A stretch of DNA of 64,000 nt. It comes from a virus (taxonomy: Duplodnaviria; Caudoviricetes). The position numbers and the translations under genes were made by a program. Each line of letters starts with the position of its first letter. The stretch's first letter is position 1. Shown piece after piece: positions 26,551 through 35,486 of this stretch. The notes beneath the pieces were generated by a model that searched no databases, was not told where the DNA came from, and was given only the letters and a program-made list of their open reading frames with translations. Where the stretch lies: IMG/VR virus record IMGVR_UViG_3300027754_000037. One strand, given 5' to 3'.

Positions 26551-27461
26551 ACTTTACATTTGGTAGCGATCCTGAGTTTATGGTTGGCAAGAACGAGGAA
26601 ATTGTCTCAGCAATTCCGCACTTGCCAAGAAAAGAATCAGCGTTAAATCGCAATGGGCACAAGTTTTACTACGACAATGTATTGGCAGAAATCGCCATTA
26701 AGCCAGCCTCCACAAGAAATCAAGCTGTCGAACATACTCAACAAGCGTTGGGGCAACTTTCAAAGTTGATAAAGCCATATAAACTTCTGATTAGATCATC
26801 TGCAAAATATCCGATTAAGCAATTAACACACAAGGAAGCGAGAATTGCAGGATGCAATCCTGAATGGAATGTTTATACCTTGAAGTGTGTGTTGCCTCCA
26901 GAAGATACGATTTCAAACACCTCATTCCGCACGGCTGGAGGTCATATCCATGTTGGGGCAGAGGGTTTGAACAATCCCGTAAAAGCTTTTGATGTTATAA
27001 GAATGATGGATTTGTTTATTGGAATACCTGCCCTATTTTTGGACAAAGATGAAACTTCCAAGGAACGCAGAAAAATTTATGGTCATGCTGGCAGTCACAG
27101 AGCAACTAATTATGGTTTTGAATACCGAAGTCTGGGTAATTTTTGGTTTCAATCACCGGATCATGTTAAATTAATTTACGATTTGGTCAATTTTGTATTG
27201 GAATTTATTGAAGAAGATGGTCATAAAAAGTTTTGGATTGTGAACGAAGCTTTGTTGGAAAGTAACGACCCGAGCAAGGCCTACAAATGTACAGGCTATG
27301 ATTCTAAACTTTTGTGTAAAACAATCAACGGATGCGATATGCAACAGGCAGAAAAGTTTTTGATGTTTATAAACAATTATCTGCCTGATGATTTGTCTAA
27401 TAAGATTGATTCGCTTTCTAATCAAGAGATGAGTGATCCTTACGAGACTTGGTGTTTGTGA
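26547..27461 (+). CDS. phiEco32-like COOH-NH2 ligase type 2 (amidoligase)
   Basis: TFGSDPEF, YDNVLAEI, GCNPEWN, RTAGGHIHVG, RRKIYG and FEYRSLGNFW. Confidence 0.9.
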   Translation: MNFTFGSDPEFMVGKNEEIVSAIPHLPRKESALNRNGHKFYYDNVLAEIAIKPASTRNQAVEHTQQALGQLSKLIKPYKLLIRSSAKYPIKQLTHKEARIAGCNPEWNVYTLKCVLPPEDTISNTSFRTAGGHIHVGAEGLNNPVKAFDVIRMMDLFIGIPALFLDKDETSKERRKIYGHAGSHRATNYGFEYRSLGNFWFQSPDHVKLIYDLVNFVLEFIEEDGHKKFWIVNEALLESNDPSKAYKCTGYDSKLLCKTINGCDMQQAEKFLMFINNYLPDDLSNKIDSLSNQEMSDPYETWCL

Positions 27462-28158
27462 TTTTACGGAACTCACGACAATCTTCACGAATATCGATTG
27501 TCCTGCAATCCTTGCACATCCAAAGCATCTTGTAATTTCTGAAAACCTGTACTTCTAGTCGCAATCTAGTATCGTGAATATAATACTTATTTTTGCAGCG
27601 ATTACATTGTGTTTTACGGTGATGTTTTTTTTGTTTTCTCGGTTTGTTGGCGTGTTTTGTTTTACTTTGTTGTGAGTCTCTTGTCTTTTTATTTTTAAAA
27701 TAAAACTCCTTCAGTTCCTCTGGCATTGGAGGAATGGGGAATTTGCTTCCTGCCAACCAAGCATATTCTGTTCCAGACTCGTGTTTGCTAGGAGGAAAAA
27801 CTGATTGATGCAGATATCCTCGAAATTCGATTCCTGAAACTACCAGCCTTTGCAAAGTTGGGTCTGGATTGATAAAAAGATTGTGGATGGATTTGTAGCT
27901 TCTGAATTTAGGCCTTTCAATTCCATCAATCATGCGTTCCAGACGGTCGTTTGCCTCTTCTGAATCAGCCTCAACATCTACAATGTCTCCCAACAAAACA
28001 CCCATGTTCATGGTGGGATCGTTGAAAAAAAATCTCCATTTTTCCACAGACCAATTTTGGTTCCAACCTACGCCAATAGGCAATTTGTTCTGTGGATAAA
28101 TTGCAATCGGTTTAAAACCCAATTGCACATATTTGTCAAAGAATCTTAAGAGGCGCAT
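27418..28158 (-). CDS. Bifunctional primase-polymerase (Prim-Pol) N-terminal domain with C-terminal Zn finger
   Basis: NMGVLLG, VDVEAD, SIHNLF, EFRG..HQSVFPPSKH...YAW; CNRC/CKDC. Confidence 0.8.
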   Translation of the reverse strand: MRLLRFFDKYVQLGFKPIAIYPQNKLPIGVGWNQNWSVEKWRFFFNDPTMNMGVLLGDIVDVEADSEEANDRLERMIDGIERPKFRSYKSIHNLFINPDPTLQRLVVSGIEFRGYLHQSVFPPSKHESGTEYAWLAGSKFPIPPMPEELKEFYFKNKKTRDSQQSKTKHANKPRKQKKHHRKTQCNRCKNKYYIHDTRLRLEVQVFRNYKMLWMCKDCRTIDIREDCREFRKITNTKSRKDHSSLD

Positions 28159-28218
28159 TTTTTTCTCTTGGTGATTTTTTAACATAATAACAAAAAAAAT
28201 TCTTAGGACAAATAAAAA

Positions 28219-28245
28219 AAAGGGACGAGAATAATTCTCGTCCCT
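28219..28245. terminator. Intrinsic terminator
   Basis: AAGGGACGAGAA-TAA-TTCTCGTCCCTT; T run on the minus strand. Confidence 0.85.
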
Positions 28246-28267
28246 TAAAATTGTTTTTTTAAATTTT

Positions 28268-29365
28268 TTACCAGTCAGAACGAATAGCTTGAGTCAAATT
28301 GTTTACATCGACGGGTGTGAACAATCCATCGCTGTACTTGGTGTCTGCATTGCCAACCATGCTGTGGACGCTGTCCCACCAAGCTTGCTCTTCATTCTTG
28401 GATTCAGCCTTCTTGTGCTTCTTGCCCTTGTGCTTCTTGTTTCTCAGCATCGCAAAGTCGCCTGCGTCAATCTTGCCGTTTTTGTTCATATCCATTTTGC
28501 TTTGACCGCCCTTGAGCATCTTTTTCTTGCTCTTCTTTGCAAATTTAAGCTTGTTTTCATCCTCATCCTCATCCTCATCCTCATCCTCATCCTCATCCTC
28601 ATCCTCATCCTCATCCTCATCCTCATCCTCATCCTCATCCTCATCCTCATCCTCATCCTCATCATCGTCTTGCTGATCATCATCATCGGACCAAGCTTCG
28701 GCCTTCATCTTCTTTGTGCCGTATTTCTTTGACTTCTTTTTGCTCATCATTTTAGGAGATTCTTCATCATGATCTTCTTCATCATGATCTTCTTCATCAT
28801 GATCTTCTTCATCATGATCTTCTTCATCGTGATCTTCTTCATCATGGTCCTCGTGACCCTCTTCGTCATGATCTTCTTCGTCATGATCTTCTTCGTCATG
28901 ATCTTCTTCGTCGTGAACTGGTTTACCGACACCCTTCATGCCTTTATTTTGTTTTACACTATCCATGTCCTCATGTTCTTCATCATCATGATGATCTTCT
29001 TCTCCTTGTCCCATGTCCATCTTCTTCTTGGATTTCATGTGAGATTTCTTGCTGGACATAGCACCGCACTTAGAGCACTTCTTTTTAGACATTGAGCCAC
29101 ACTTAGAGCAGACGCTGATGTCGCCATCATCGTCGTGGCCGACAACATCGACATCTGCATCGTCAGAAGGTTTATCTTTGGCAGAGGAGGGCTTCACGAT
29201 CTCTCCATCACCTGTAACCATCTTCTTTTTCTTCTTCTTTTCAGACTTGACTTCTTCAAATCCATACTGAGATTGAATGCCAAGATTGCTGACCCTGCCC
29301 AATCCAAGGTTAAAGCTGGGAAGAATGGACTCATTCAAAGTCTTCCATTTTGTGTACGATAACAT
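28268..29365 (-). CDS. Low-complexity acidic/His/Lys-rich protein with capsid-targeting-like leader and EF-hand-like loop
   Basis: MLSYTKWKTLNES; (EEDHD)n; (DE)n; CSKC x2; DMNKNGKIDAGDF. Confidence 0.75.
   Translation of the reverse strand: MLSYTKWKTLNESILPSFNLGLGRVSNLGIQSQYGFEEVKSEKKKKKKMVTGDGEIVKPSSAKDKPSDDADVDVVGHDDDGDISVCSKCGSMSKKKCSKCGAMSSKKSHMKSKKKMDMGQGEEDHHDDEEHEDMDSVKQNKGMKGVGKPVHDEEDHDEEDHDEEDHDEEGHEDHDEEDHDEEDHDEEDHDEEDHDEEDHDEESPKMMSKKKSKKYGTKKMKAEAWSDDDDQQDDDEDEDEDEDEDEDEDEDEDEDEDEDEDEDEDEDEDENKLKFAKKSKKKMLKGGQSKMDMNKNGKIDAGDFAMLRNKKHKGKKHKKAESKNEEQAWWDSVHSMVGNADTKYSDGLFTPVDVNNLTQAIRSDW
28558..28659. repeat. Coding microsatellite (CATCCT)x17
   Basis: 17 perfect copies encoding Asp-Glu on the minus strand. 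Confidence 0.95.
28761..28915. repeat. Coding 15-nt tandem repeats (EEDHD)
   Basis: TCATGATCTTCTTC(A/G) units. Confidence 0.9.
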
Positions 29366-29454
29366 GATTGTCCTCTTAATAAAGAATATGAAACATAAGG
29401 AGAGTATATCAAAACTATATATGTCGAATAAAAATATTTTAGCAAGGAAATAAG

Positions 29455-30258
29455 ATGAATAAGGTGGTTCTGGCAACAGTCGCTTTAGTAGGTTTTTTAA
29501 TTTTTTTTTGGTATGCAAAGAACAACAGCATTCATGTTTCAGAATATGTAGATGAATCGATAATATCTCCTGAATCAAAAAACAGGGACAAGAACATCAT
29601 AAAAATAGTCGAAAAAATCAATCAAAAAAATCAAAACATCAAAACTTTAGCCGTAGACTACATGCCTATGCGTGTTTCGACAGGCGGTGCAACATATAAG
29701 CTGAACGGGAATCTACTCTACGAAAAAGAAAAAAATTTCAGGCTAAAAGTTCATCATCGTCTAACTGGATTGGAAATGGATATTGGCTCAAATAAGTCAG
29801 AATTTTGGTTTTGGTCCAAAAGAATGCAGCCCCCAGCCCTATATTTTAGTCCTCACGACAAGCTAGGCATTACCAACTTAAAGACACCTCTGAATCCTGA
29901 TTGGATGATTGAATCCTTGAATATTGGACTCGTGGACACAAAAAATATTGCTCAAACCTCACAAAAGGGAAATTTGTGTTTCACCTACGAACCAAGAACT
30001 AGTGCTTTGGGAGATCCCGTGACCATGATTACTGTTTATAATCTTAAAAATCTCTGTGTTGTCGGCAGAAATTTGATTGATGAAGACGGCAATAAAATCA
30101 TAACAACTTCATATGAAGGCGACACCATGAACACCTTGTGGCACAACGAAGGTATCATAATGGAATGGAATCTAGCTACAAAACAAGTAAATCCAGATGT
30201 GGACAGAAAAATGTTTGTGTTGCCAGATTACAAGAAGAAAATAGACCTGTCTAAATAA
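29455..30258 (+). CDS. Membrane-anchored protein, possible LolA-like fold
   Basis: N-terminal TM; YEKEKNFRL...EMDIGSNKSEFWFWSK. Confidence 0.65.
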   Translation: MNKVVLATVALVGFLIFFWYAKNNSIHVSEYVDESIISPESKNRDKNIIKIVEKINQKNQNIKTLAVDYMPMRVSTGGATYKLNGNLLYEKEKNFRLKVHHRLTGLEMDIGSNKSEFWFWSKRMQPPALYFSPHDKLGITNLKTPLNPDWMIESLNIGLVDTKNIAQTSQKGNLCFTYEPRTSALGDPVTMITVYNLKNLCVVGRNLIDEDGNKIITTSYEGDTMNTLWHNEGIIMEWNLATKQVNPDVDRKMFVLPDYKKKIDLSK

Positions 30259-30291
30259 AAATTGCCGCCCTTTCGGACGGCAAGTTTTTTT
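30257..30291. terminator. Intrinsic terminator
   Basis: TTGCCGCCC-TTTC-GGACGGCAA plus T tract. Confidence 0.75.
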
Positions 30292-30310
30292 GTTGTAAAA
30301 CTTGACAACC

Positions 30311-30550
30311 TTATTTGTTGAGAGCTCTTCTAATCGCATCTCTTCGTAAAGCCTGCGTCTTCCTTTGTTCAGAAGTAACACCGCCGGAATTTCTGACGGG
30401 AGCAGGAGTCATTGAATTGTTGGTTTGTGCAGGATTCATGGCTGCTGTTACCGATCCTTGGATTCCACGAACATTGCCCGTGGGCCTGAGCATAGGTCTG
30501 CTACGGTAACTGCCGCCTGCCCCGCCTCCTTTACTGCATCCACAAGCCAT
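30311..30550 (-). CDS. Small basic protein with N-terminal CGC
   Basis: MACGCSKGGG; SD GGAGG. Confidence 0.65.
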   Translation of the reverse strand: MACGCSKGGGAGGSYRSRPMLRPTGNVRGIQGSVTAAMNPAQTNNSMTPAPVRNSGGVTSEQRKTQALRRDAIRRALNK

Positions 30551-30563
30551 TTTGCCTCCGTAA

Positions 30564-30722
30564 TTATAAATATTTGATTCTGGCTATCTTGCTTTTTCTC
30601 TCTTCTACGGCCTTGATGCGATCTGCCAAATCCTTTTGACTTACCGTAAGAGGCCTAAAACCAAAATTTTTGGGTAGTGCTGATTTAGCTCCACAACCAC
30701 AACCTTTTTGATTTTTCTCCAT
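30564..30722 (-). CDS. 52-aa basic protein with GCGCG (absent from ORF track)
   Basis: MEKNQKGCGCGAKSALPKNFGFRPLTVSQKDLADRIKAVEERKSKIARIKYL; CATAAATA-N4-ATG. Confidence 0.6.
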   Translation of the reverse strand: MEKNQKGCGCGAKSALPKNFGFRPLTVSQKDLADRIKAVEERKSKIARIKYL

Positions 30723-30726
30723 ACTC

Positions 30727-30734
30727 TATTTATG
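30727..30734 (-). promoter_or_regulatory. Putative late promoter box CATAAATA, 4 nt before ATG
   Basis: CATAAATA-GAGT-ATG. Confidence 0.6.
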
Positions 30735-30750
30735 CTAGGAGATTTGCATT

Positions 30751-32265
30751 ATGGTAGATGAAGCTGAAATTGAGAGTCTTATCAAACAAGCTATTGATGC
30801 ATCCTACAAAAAACTTACCGAAGAGCAGTATGAAGCAGTCTGCGTCATCACTAAACAGGTTTTAAAAATCTTTCCAGAAAATACTCACGCTCTTCACATG
30901 CTCGGAGTTGCGCTCCACGCCTTGGGTGAATTCAAGGATGCATTGCAAATTATTGAGAAATTACATCAATTGGAGCCCAAAAATTATGAAAACATCAACA
31001 ACATGGCGCTGACGCTGTCTAGTTTGGGCCAACATGAAAAAAGCGTGGAACTACTTATACAAGCAATCGAGGTAAAGTGTGATTTGCCAAGCCTTTACAA
31101 CAATTTGGCCCTCAGCTACCGAAGCTTGGATCAGCACGAAAATGCCATCAATGTTCTCCTCAAGTCGTTGAATCTCACACAAGAACCAAAAACATATGGT
31201 TTGTTGGGTGCTTGTCATGGTGAAATGCAAAATTTAGAGAAAGCCAAGGACTTTTTCATGAAAGCCTTAGAGCTTGATCCTGAGTATTATCCCGCAAGAG
31301 TTGACCTCGCTGCGGTATATCATTTAATGGGTGATTATGATGCAGGATTCAGGGAATATGAACATCGTTTCAAGGTTTATGAACAACTAAGTTTATGGAT
31401 GCGTGTTTACAAATCTGAAAAAAGATGGCAGGGGCAAAGTCTTGATGGAAAAACAATTATAATACACACGGAACAAGGTTTAGGCGACAATATTCATTTT
31501 GTAAGATATGTCCCGCTTTTAAGGCGATGGAATGTGAAGATAATCATTCATTGCAGCGAGTCTTTAAGAGAATTATTTTCGCCATTTGCAGATGAGATTT
31601 ACACAGAAGACCCCAAAAAAATTGAGCAAAATCCCGAAGAGTTCAAAACTCCAGAACATGATTATGCCTGCTCAGTTGTGAGTTTATTGCATCTTTTGGA
31701 CAATCCTCCGATACCATCTTGTTCTTACATTCATTTAAAAACCGCTGTGGACATGTCTGCATATGAGGGTCTTTTCAAGATAGGAATAGTGTGGGCTGGT
31801 AATCCCCAGCACCCGAATGATCGCAAGAGATCATGCCATTTGAAGATGTTTAGGGATATTCAGAACTTGCCGGGAGTAAAACTATTCAGCCTTATGAAGG
31901 ACACAAGGCTTAGGTTTTATAGCGATAAAGACTCTCCAATTGACTTGACGGCAGGCACAGAGGACATGAAAATCGTTGATATGTCGGAGAAAATGAATTC
32001 ACTTGCTGACACAGCTAGGATTTTAAATTCATTAGATTTGGTCATAGGAGTGGATACTTCGGTAATTCATCTTGCGGGTGCTATGGGAGTGCCAACATTT
32101 TGCGCTCTAGCTTGGAATCCTGACTGGAGATGGAAACTACAAGGCAAAAGCACGGAATGGTATGGGAGCGTTTGCCTGTTTAGACAGACAATCAAAGATG
32201 ATTGGCACCATGTGTTTGAAGATATTTTAGCTGGGGTTAAAAAACAAATCGGATGTGCCAACTAG
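30751..32265 (+). CDS. TPR-repeat glycosyltransferase family 9-like protein
   Basis: N-terminal TPRs; EQGLGDNIHFVRY, GIVWAGNP and LDLVIGVDTSVIHLAGAMG. Confidence 0.85.
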   Translation: MVDEAEIESLIKQAIDASYKKLTEEQYEAVCVITKQVLKIFPENTHALHMLGVALHALGEFKDALQIIEKLHQLEPKNYENINNMALTLSSLGQHEKSVELLIQAIEVKCDLPSLYNNLALSYRSLDQHENAINVLLKSLNLTQEPKTYGLLGACHGEMQNLEKAKDFFMKALELDPEYYPARVDLAAVYHLMGDYDAGFREYEHRFKVYEQLSLWMRVYKSEKRWQGQSLDGKTIIIHTEQGLGDNIHFVRYVPLLRRWNVKIIIHCSESLRELFSPFADEIYTEDPKKIEQNPEEFKTPEHDYACSVVSLLHLLDNPPIPSCSYIHLKTAVDMSAYEGLFKIGIVWAGNPQHPNDRKRSCHLKMFRDIQNLPGVKLFSLMKDTRLRFYSDKDSPIDLTAGTEDMKIVDMSEKMNSLADTARILNSLDLVIGVDTSVIHLAGAMGVPTFCALAWNPDWRWKLQGKSTEWYGSVCLFRQTIKDDWHHVFEDILAGVKKQIGCAN

Positions 32266-32313
32266 ACACATCCGATTAAAGACAAGCATCAAGAATTAGC
32301 GAGTCTTGTCGTT

Positions 32314-32646
32314 TTAATTAGTGGTAGCAGGAGGGGCTTGCGTTGTGTTAACGCTACGGTTGACGGAAGACTTCTTAGCAGCCTTCTTGGCAACTGGAGC
32401 CTTTGCATCAGGAGTCTTGGATACGGTGGCGTTTGGATCGACGAAATTCACATCGGAGTATCCATACCTCTTAGCAAAGTTGCGGGCAGAACCTGCAACT
32501 GCGCTTCGGCTGGGAAATTGAGTGGTGCCATCGGCCTTGCGGACGAGCTTGGTGGGCTTGGCACCTTCAATGCTGACAGTACCCTCATAGACTTCACCTT
32601 CGGAGGTCTTGCGGGTAGTCAAACGAACAGACAGAGTATTACTCAT
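32314..32646 (-). CDS. Small basic protein with K/A-rich tail
   Basis: SD AAAGG; APVAKKAAKK tail. Confidence 0.65.
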   Translation of the reverse strand: MSNTLSVRLTTRKTSEGEVYEGTVSIEGAKPTKLVRKADGTTQFPSRSAVAGSARNFAKRYGYSDVNFVDPNATVSKTPDAKAPVAKKAAKKSSVNRSVNTTQAPPATTN

Positions 32647-32715
32647 GTTTAAACCTTTCAATTGAAATTCAAATAGCGTACATTACGCACATACGATTTT
32701 AAGTATGATTAAATT

Positions 32716-33423
32716 TTAAGTCAACATATTTTTGCCAATTTGTTCAAAAAATACCAAACTTTTTGACTTATCGCTCGGCACTTGCATGACCAGTTCACCG
32801 CATTTGCCCAGAGTTGGCATCAATATCAATTTGTTTTTGGGTCTGAATCTTTGCTTATAAAACTCGTCCACAGCAATCTTGAACTTCTTAAAATAAGCCT
32901 CGACATTCAAACCTACGATTGTTTCCCATGTGTTGAAACATGAGATTATGTTGATAATTGTCTTGTAAACTTCCTCCAAAGGTAATTGCTTGGGCTTTTT
33001 CCCGATCTTTGAAAAATCCACGAACCAGAGCATGGTTTGTGGATCATAAGCAAAAATTGGATTCAATAATCCAACTTGTTGATGAATCTTGATAAAATCT
33101 CTGATTTCCGAGAGGTAAATTTTTTTGGATGCGAAAGATGAAATATAGTTGCAGAAATAAAATTGGGCAAAAATCGGCCTGAAGCTGAGGATCAGGACAT
33201 CCTTTCTGCGTTTGTAATTAAATCCGTGTCTGATACAGAAGTTGCAAAAGAAGTTGCTTTCTTGGCAAATCGATTGGCAAAACTTGGTGTCTTGCTTTTC
33301 AGAATGGCATTTTTTTTCACAAAAACAGCAGTTGCGAATAAATATATCAGATAACTCTTGTGAGGTAGAAGCTGGGATTTTTTCGATCCTAACTTCGCTG
33401 ACATACATATTTTGCGGTTTCAT
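32716..33423 (-). CDS. Hypothetical protein with Cys cluster
   Basis: CCFCEKKC...FFCNFC. Confidence 0.65.
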   Translation of the reverse strand: MKPQNMYVSEVRIEKIPASTSQELSDIFIRNCCFCEKKCHSEKQDTKFCQSICQESNFFCNFCIRHGFNYKRRKDVLILSFRPIFAQFYFCNYISSFASKKIYLSEIRDFIKIHQQVGLLNPIFAYDPQTMLWFVDFSKIGKKPKQLPLEEVYKTIINIISCFNTWETIVGLNVEAYFKKFKIAVDEFYKQRFRPKNKLILMPTLGKCGELVMQVPSDKSKSLVFFEQIGKNMLT

Positions 33424-33502
33424 TTTTCACCAAGAAATTAATGTAAAACTGCATACATATCATAAGTTAGTTAGTTTCACTCATCTATGAGACGAGGAAA
33501 AT

Positions 33503-33733
33503 ATGAAGACATTTGTGAAATGGGCTGAGAAAACCAAGAAAGAACTTCCTGTATACACCCAAGAGGAATCTGGTGCAAGTCGTCGTGGTGGCATTGCTTA
33601 CTGGGCATACCCCGATGCCTATATAAGGGCTCAATATCCTGATGCGCACTTCACCCCAATCGCTGCCGATGCCCTGTTCAAACTGGGTTATGCCAAGGGT
33701 GGACCCAAGGCTGGTAAGGAGAAAAACGGATAA
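33503..33733 (+). CDS. Small protein, tandem paralog 1, capsid-targeting-like leader
   Basis: MKTFVKWAE; GGIAYWAYPDAYIRAQYPD. Confidence 0.75.
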   Translation: MKTFVKWAEKTKKELPVYTQEESGASRRGGIAYWAYPDAYIRAQYPDAHFTPIAADALFKLGYAKGGPKAGKEKNG

Positions 33734-34038
33734 TGCGTACTTTTGTTCAATGGGCTGGTAAGACTAAAAAAGAACTTCCGGTTTACTCCCAAAATGAAGG
33801 TGGAAGTACAGCGAGAGGCGGAATAGCACATTGGGCTTATCCAGATGGATATGTTCGTAGTCACTATCCAGATGCTTATTTCATGTCTAGGGCTGCTGAT
33901 GCCTTGTGGAAGATGTCCCCCGGACCTCCAATTACCCCACACAAGCACCATGTGAGCCACGAGACACCACCGGATTATGCGATTGGACTGGATGGCAAGC
34001 TCAGACCGGAAAAAGAAGTCGATTACGAGACAGACTGA
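33733..34038 (+). CDS. Small protein, tandem paralog 2
   Basis: MRTFVQWAG; GGIAHWAYPDGYVRSHYPD. Confidence 0.75.
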   Translation: MRTFVQWAGKTKKELPVYSQNEGGSTARGGIAHWAYPDGYVRSHYPDAYFMSRAADALWKMSPGPPITPHKHHVSHETPPDYAIGLDGKLRPEKEVDYETD

Positions 34039-34040
34039 TG

Positions 34041-34071
34041 AAAAAACCCGGTCCATCAAGACCGGGTTTTT
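34041..34071. terminator. Bidirectional intrinsic terminator
   Basis: AAAAAACCCGGTC-CATCAA-GACCGGGTTTTT. Confidence 0.85.
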
Positions 34072-34073
34072 CT

Positions 34074-34406
34074 CTAAGTCTTGACCTTATTTATCCTACT
34101 ATCGTGATCCTCATCTGTTATTGATTTTTTTAGAGTTGGAATCATTTGTGGAACTCTCTCCCAATAGCCCCATTGATCATCGTTTTGAGGATTCTGGAAG
34201 ATAAGCCCCTTTTTGAAATACTTGTTCAACAATTGTTCCACACGCTCCTTGGAAAGTCCCGACTCCTTGGCAATTGCAGCAACGCTTCTCCATTGCCATT
34301 TTGGGTGACGAGCGATTGCAATAAAGAAATCCTGTTCTTCATCACCAGCCTTGCTGCCTTGGGGGTAAATATCAGTCCATTTCGGCAAATTTACAGCAGT
34401 AGTCAT
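34074..34406 (-). CDS. Winged-helix-like small protein
   Basis: WRSVAAIAKESGLSKERVEQLLNKYFKKGLI. Confidence 0.6.
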   Translation of the reverse strand: MTTAVNLPKWTDIYPQGSKAGDEEQDFFIAIARHPKWQWRSVAAIAKESGLSKERVEQLLNKYFKKGLIFQNPQNDDQWGYWERVPQMIPTLKKSITDEDHDSRINKVKT

Positions 34407-34482
34407 ATAGTTCTCCAAAAACAAAATATTCAGCACACTATATTATCGAGTAGTAGGACGAAAATTCCAAACAAAGGAAAAC

Positions 34483-34956
34483 ATGAAGTACACATCACGA
34501 ATGAACCGTCATGAGCGCAGAGAAATGCATGCTGTTCAACTTGCAAATAACATGGGCGGTACTGGCTTATACATCTTTGAAAACAACACGGACGGTGACC
34601 TCAAGCTTCCCAAAGCAACAGCAAGCGGTGTCAGAATGATTGGTCCAAGAAAAAGATTCCAAGGGGATAGCTACTTTATGAAATTGGTGGGCCATCCTAT
34701 GAATCTCCTTCGGTTTATTGAGGAGATTGTACCCAAGGGCGCACCTCAATCTCAATTAAAGGAAAGTACCATGCAAGCAGATAAACTTATTCTTGATCAG
34801 CCCGATACAGTTACCACCAAGGGCAAAATCGAACATGTCGTTGAATCAGGCCCCAAAACCATGCCCATCAATGATGCAACAGTATTGACCCAACCCTTTC
34901 CTGATGTTCTCCTTAACGAGAACCCTTTGTATGGCGTTGAAATCATCAAAGGTTAA
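34483..34956 (+). CDS. Hypothetical protein
   Basis: 157-aa ORF; SD AAGGA. Confidence 0.65.
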   Translation: MKYTSRMNRHERREMHAVQLANNMGGTGLYIFENNTDGDLKLPKATASGVRMIGPRKRFQGDSYFMKLVGHPMNLLRFIEEIVPKGAPQSQLKESTMQADKLILDQPDTVTTKGKIEHVVESGPKTMPINDATVLTQPFPDVLLNENPLYGVEIIKG

Positions 34957-35006
34957 GTTCTACTAGTATAATCCCTATATTATCTTAATAATATCTATAT
35001 ACCCGT

Positions 35007-35486
35007 ATGAATTCCCGCTGGATAGGGCAGCGGAACGGTTCGGGTTGCGGACCCGTTGCCATTTTGAATCTCTTGAAATGGCTAGGCGAGCCTATCTCCT
35101 ACGCTGAAAATTATCGCTATTATTCTAAAAAAATGAAGACTAGCAGGTATGGGACGGAACTCCGTGATTTTGTGCGTATTTTGTACGGCATAAATGGAAT
35201 TAAAATAAGTCCAAGAAATGTTCCAGACATCGGCGTGATTGAAGAAGCCTTGGATAATGGCAAGGCAGTCATTATGAAATCGGCGTATTTTAACGGTAAG
35301 GATTTGGAAGGGCACTATTTTCTGGTAACGGAAAAAACTGAAAAATCATTTTTTTGCGTAAACATCAACAGAAAACATCAATGGGTTTCAAAACCCAGTT
35401 TCAGATTAAAATGGTTGCAACACCATCAAAATTATTGCAACACCTGTGGAATAGCTCCGTATTGTTGGATTGTCAGAAAAGTGTAG
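35007..35486 (+). CDS. C39-like cysteine peptidase domain protein
   Basis: QRNGSGCGPVA (Q-x5-C) and GHYFLV. Confidence 0.7.
   Translation: MNSRWIGQRNGSGCGPVAILNLLKWLGEPISYAENYRYYSKKMKTSRYGTELRDFVRILYGINGIKISPRNVPDIGVIEEALDNGKAVIMKSAYFNGKDLEGHYFLVTEKTEKSFFCVNINRKHQWVSKPSFRLKWLQHHQNYCNTCGIAPYCWIVRKV

Noticed and set aside
28558-28915. Tandem repeats as CRISPR array or non-coding satellite
   Set aside because: No spacers; 6- and 15-nt units are in frame inside a coding gene
28289-29095. Plus-strand ORFs with (IL)n and (MIFFI)n runs as membrane proteins
   Set aside because: Antisense shadows of the DE and EEDHD repeats
29366-29578. N-terminal 71 codons of the track ORF 28268..29578
   Set aside because: Overlaps the divergent gene and its AT-rich promoter region; SD GAGG and the leader motif point to ATG 29365
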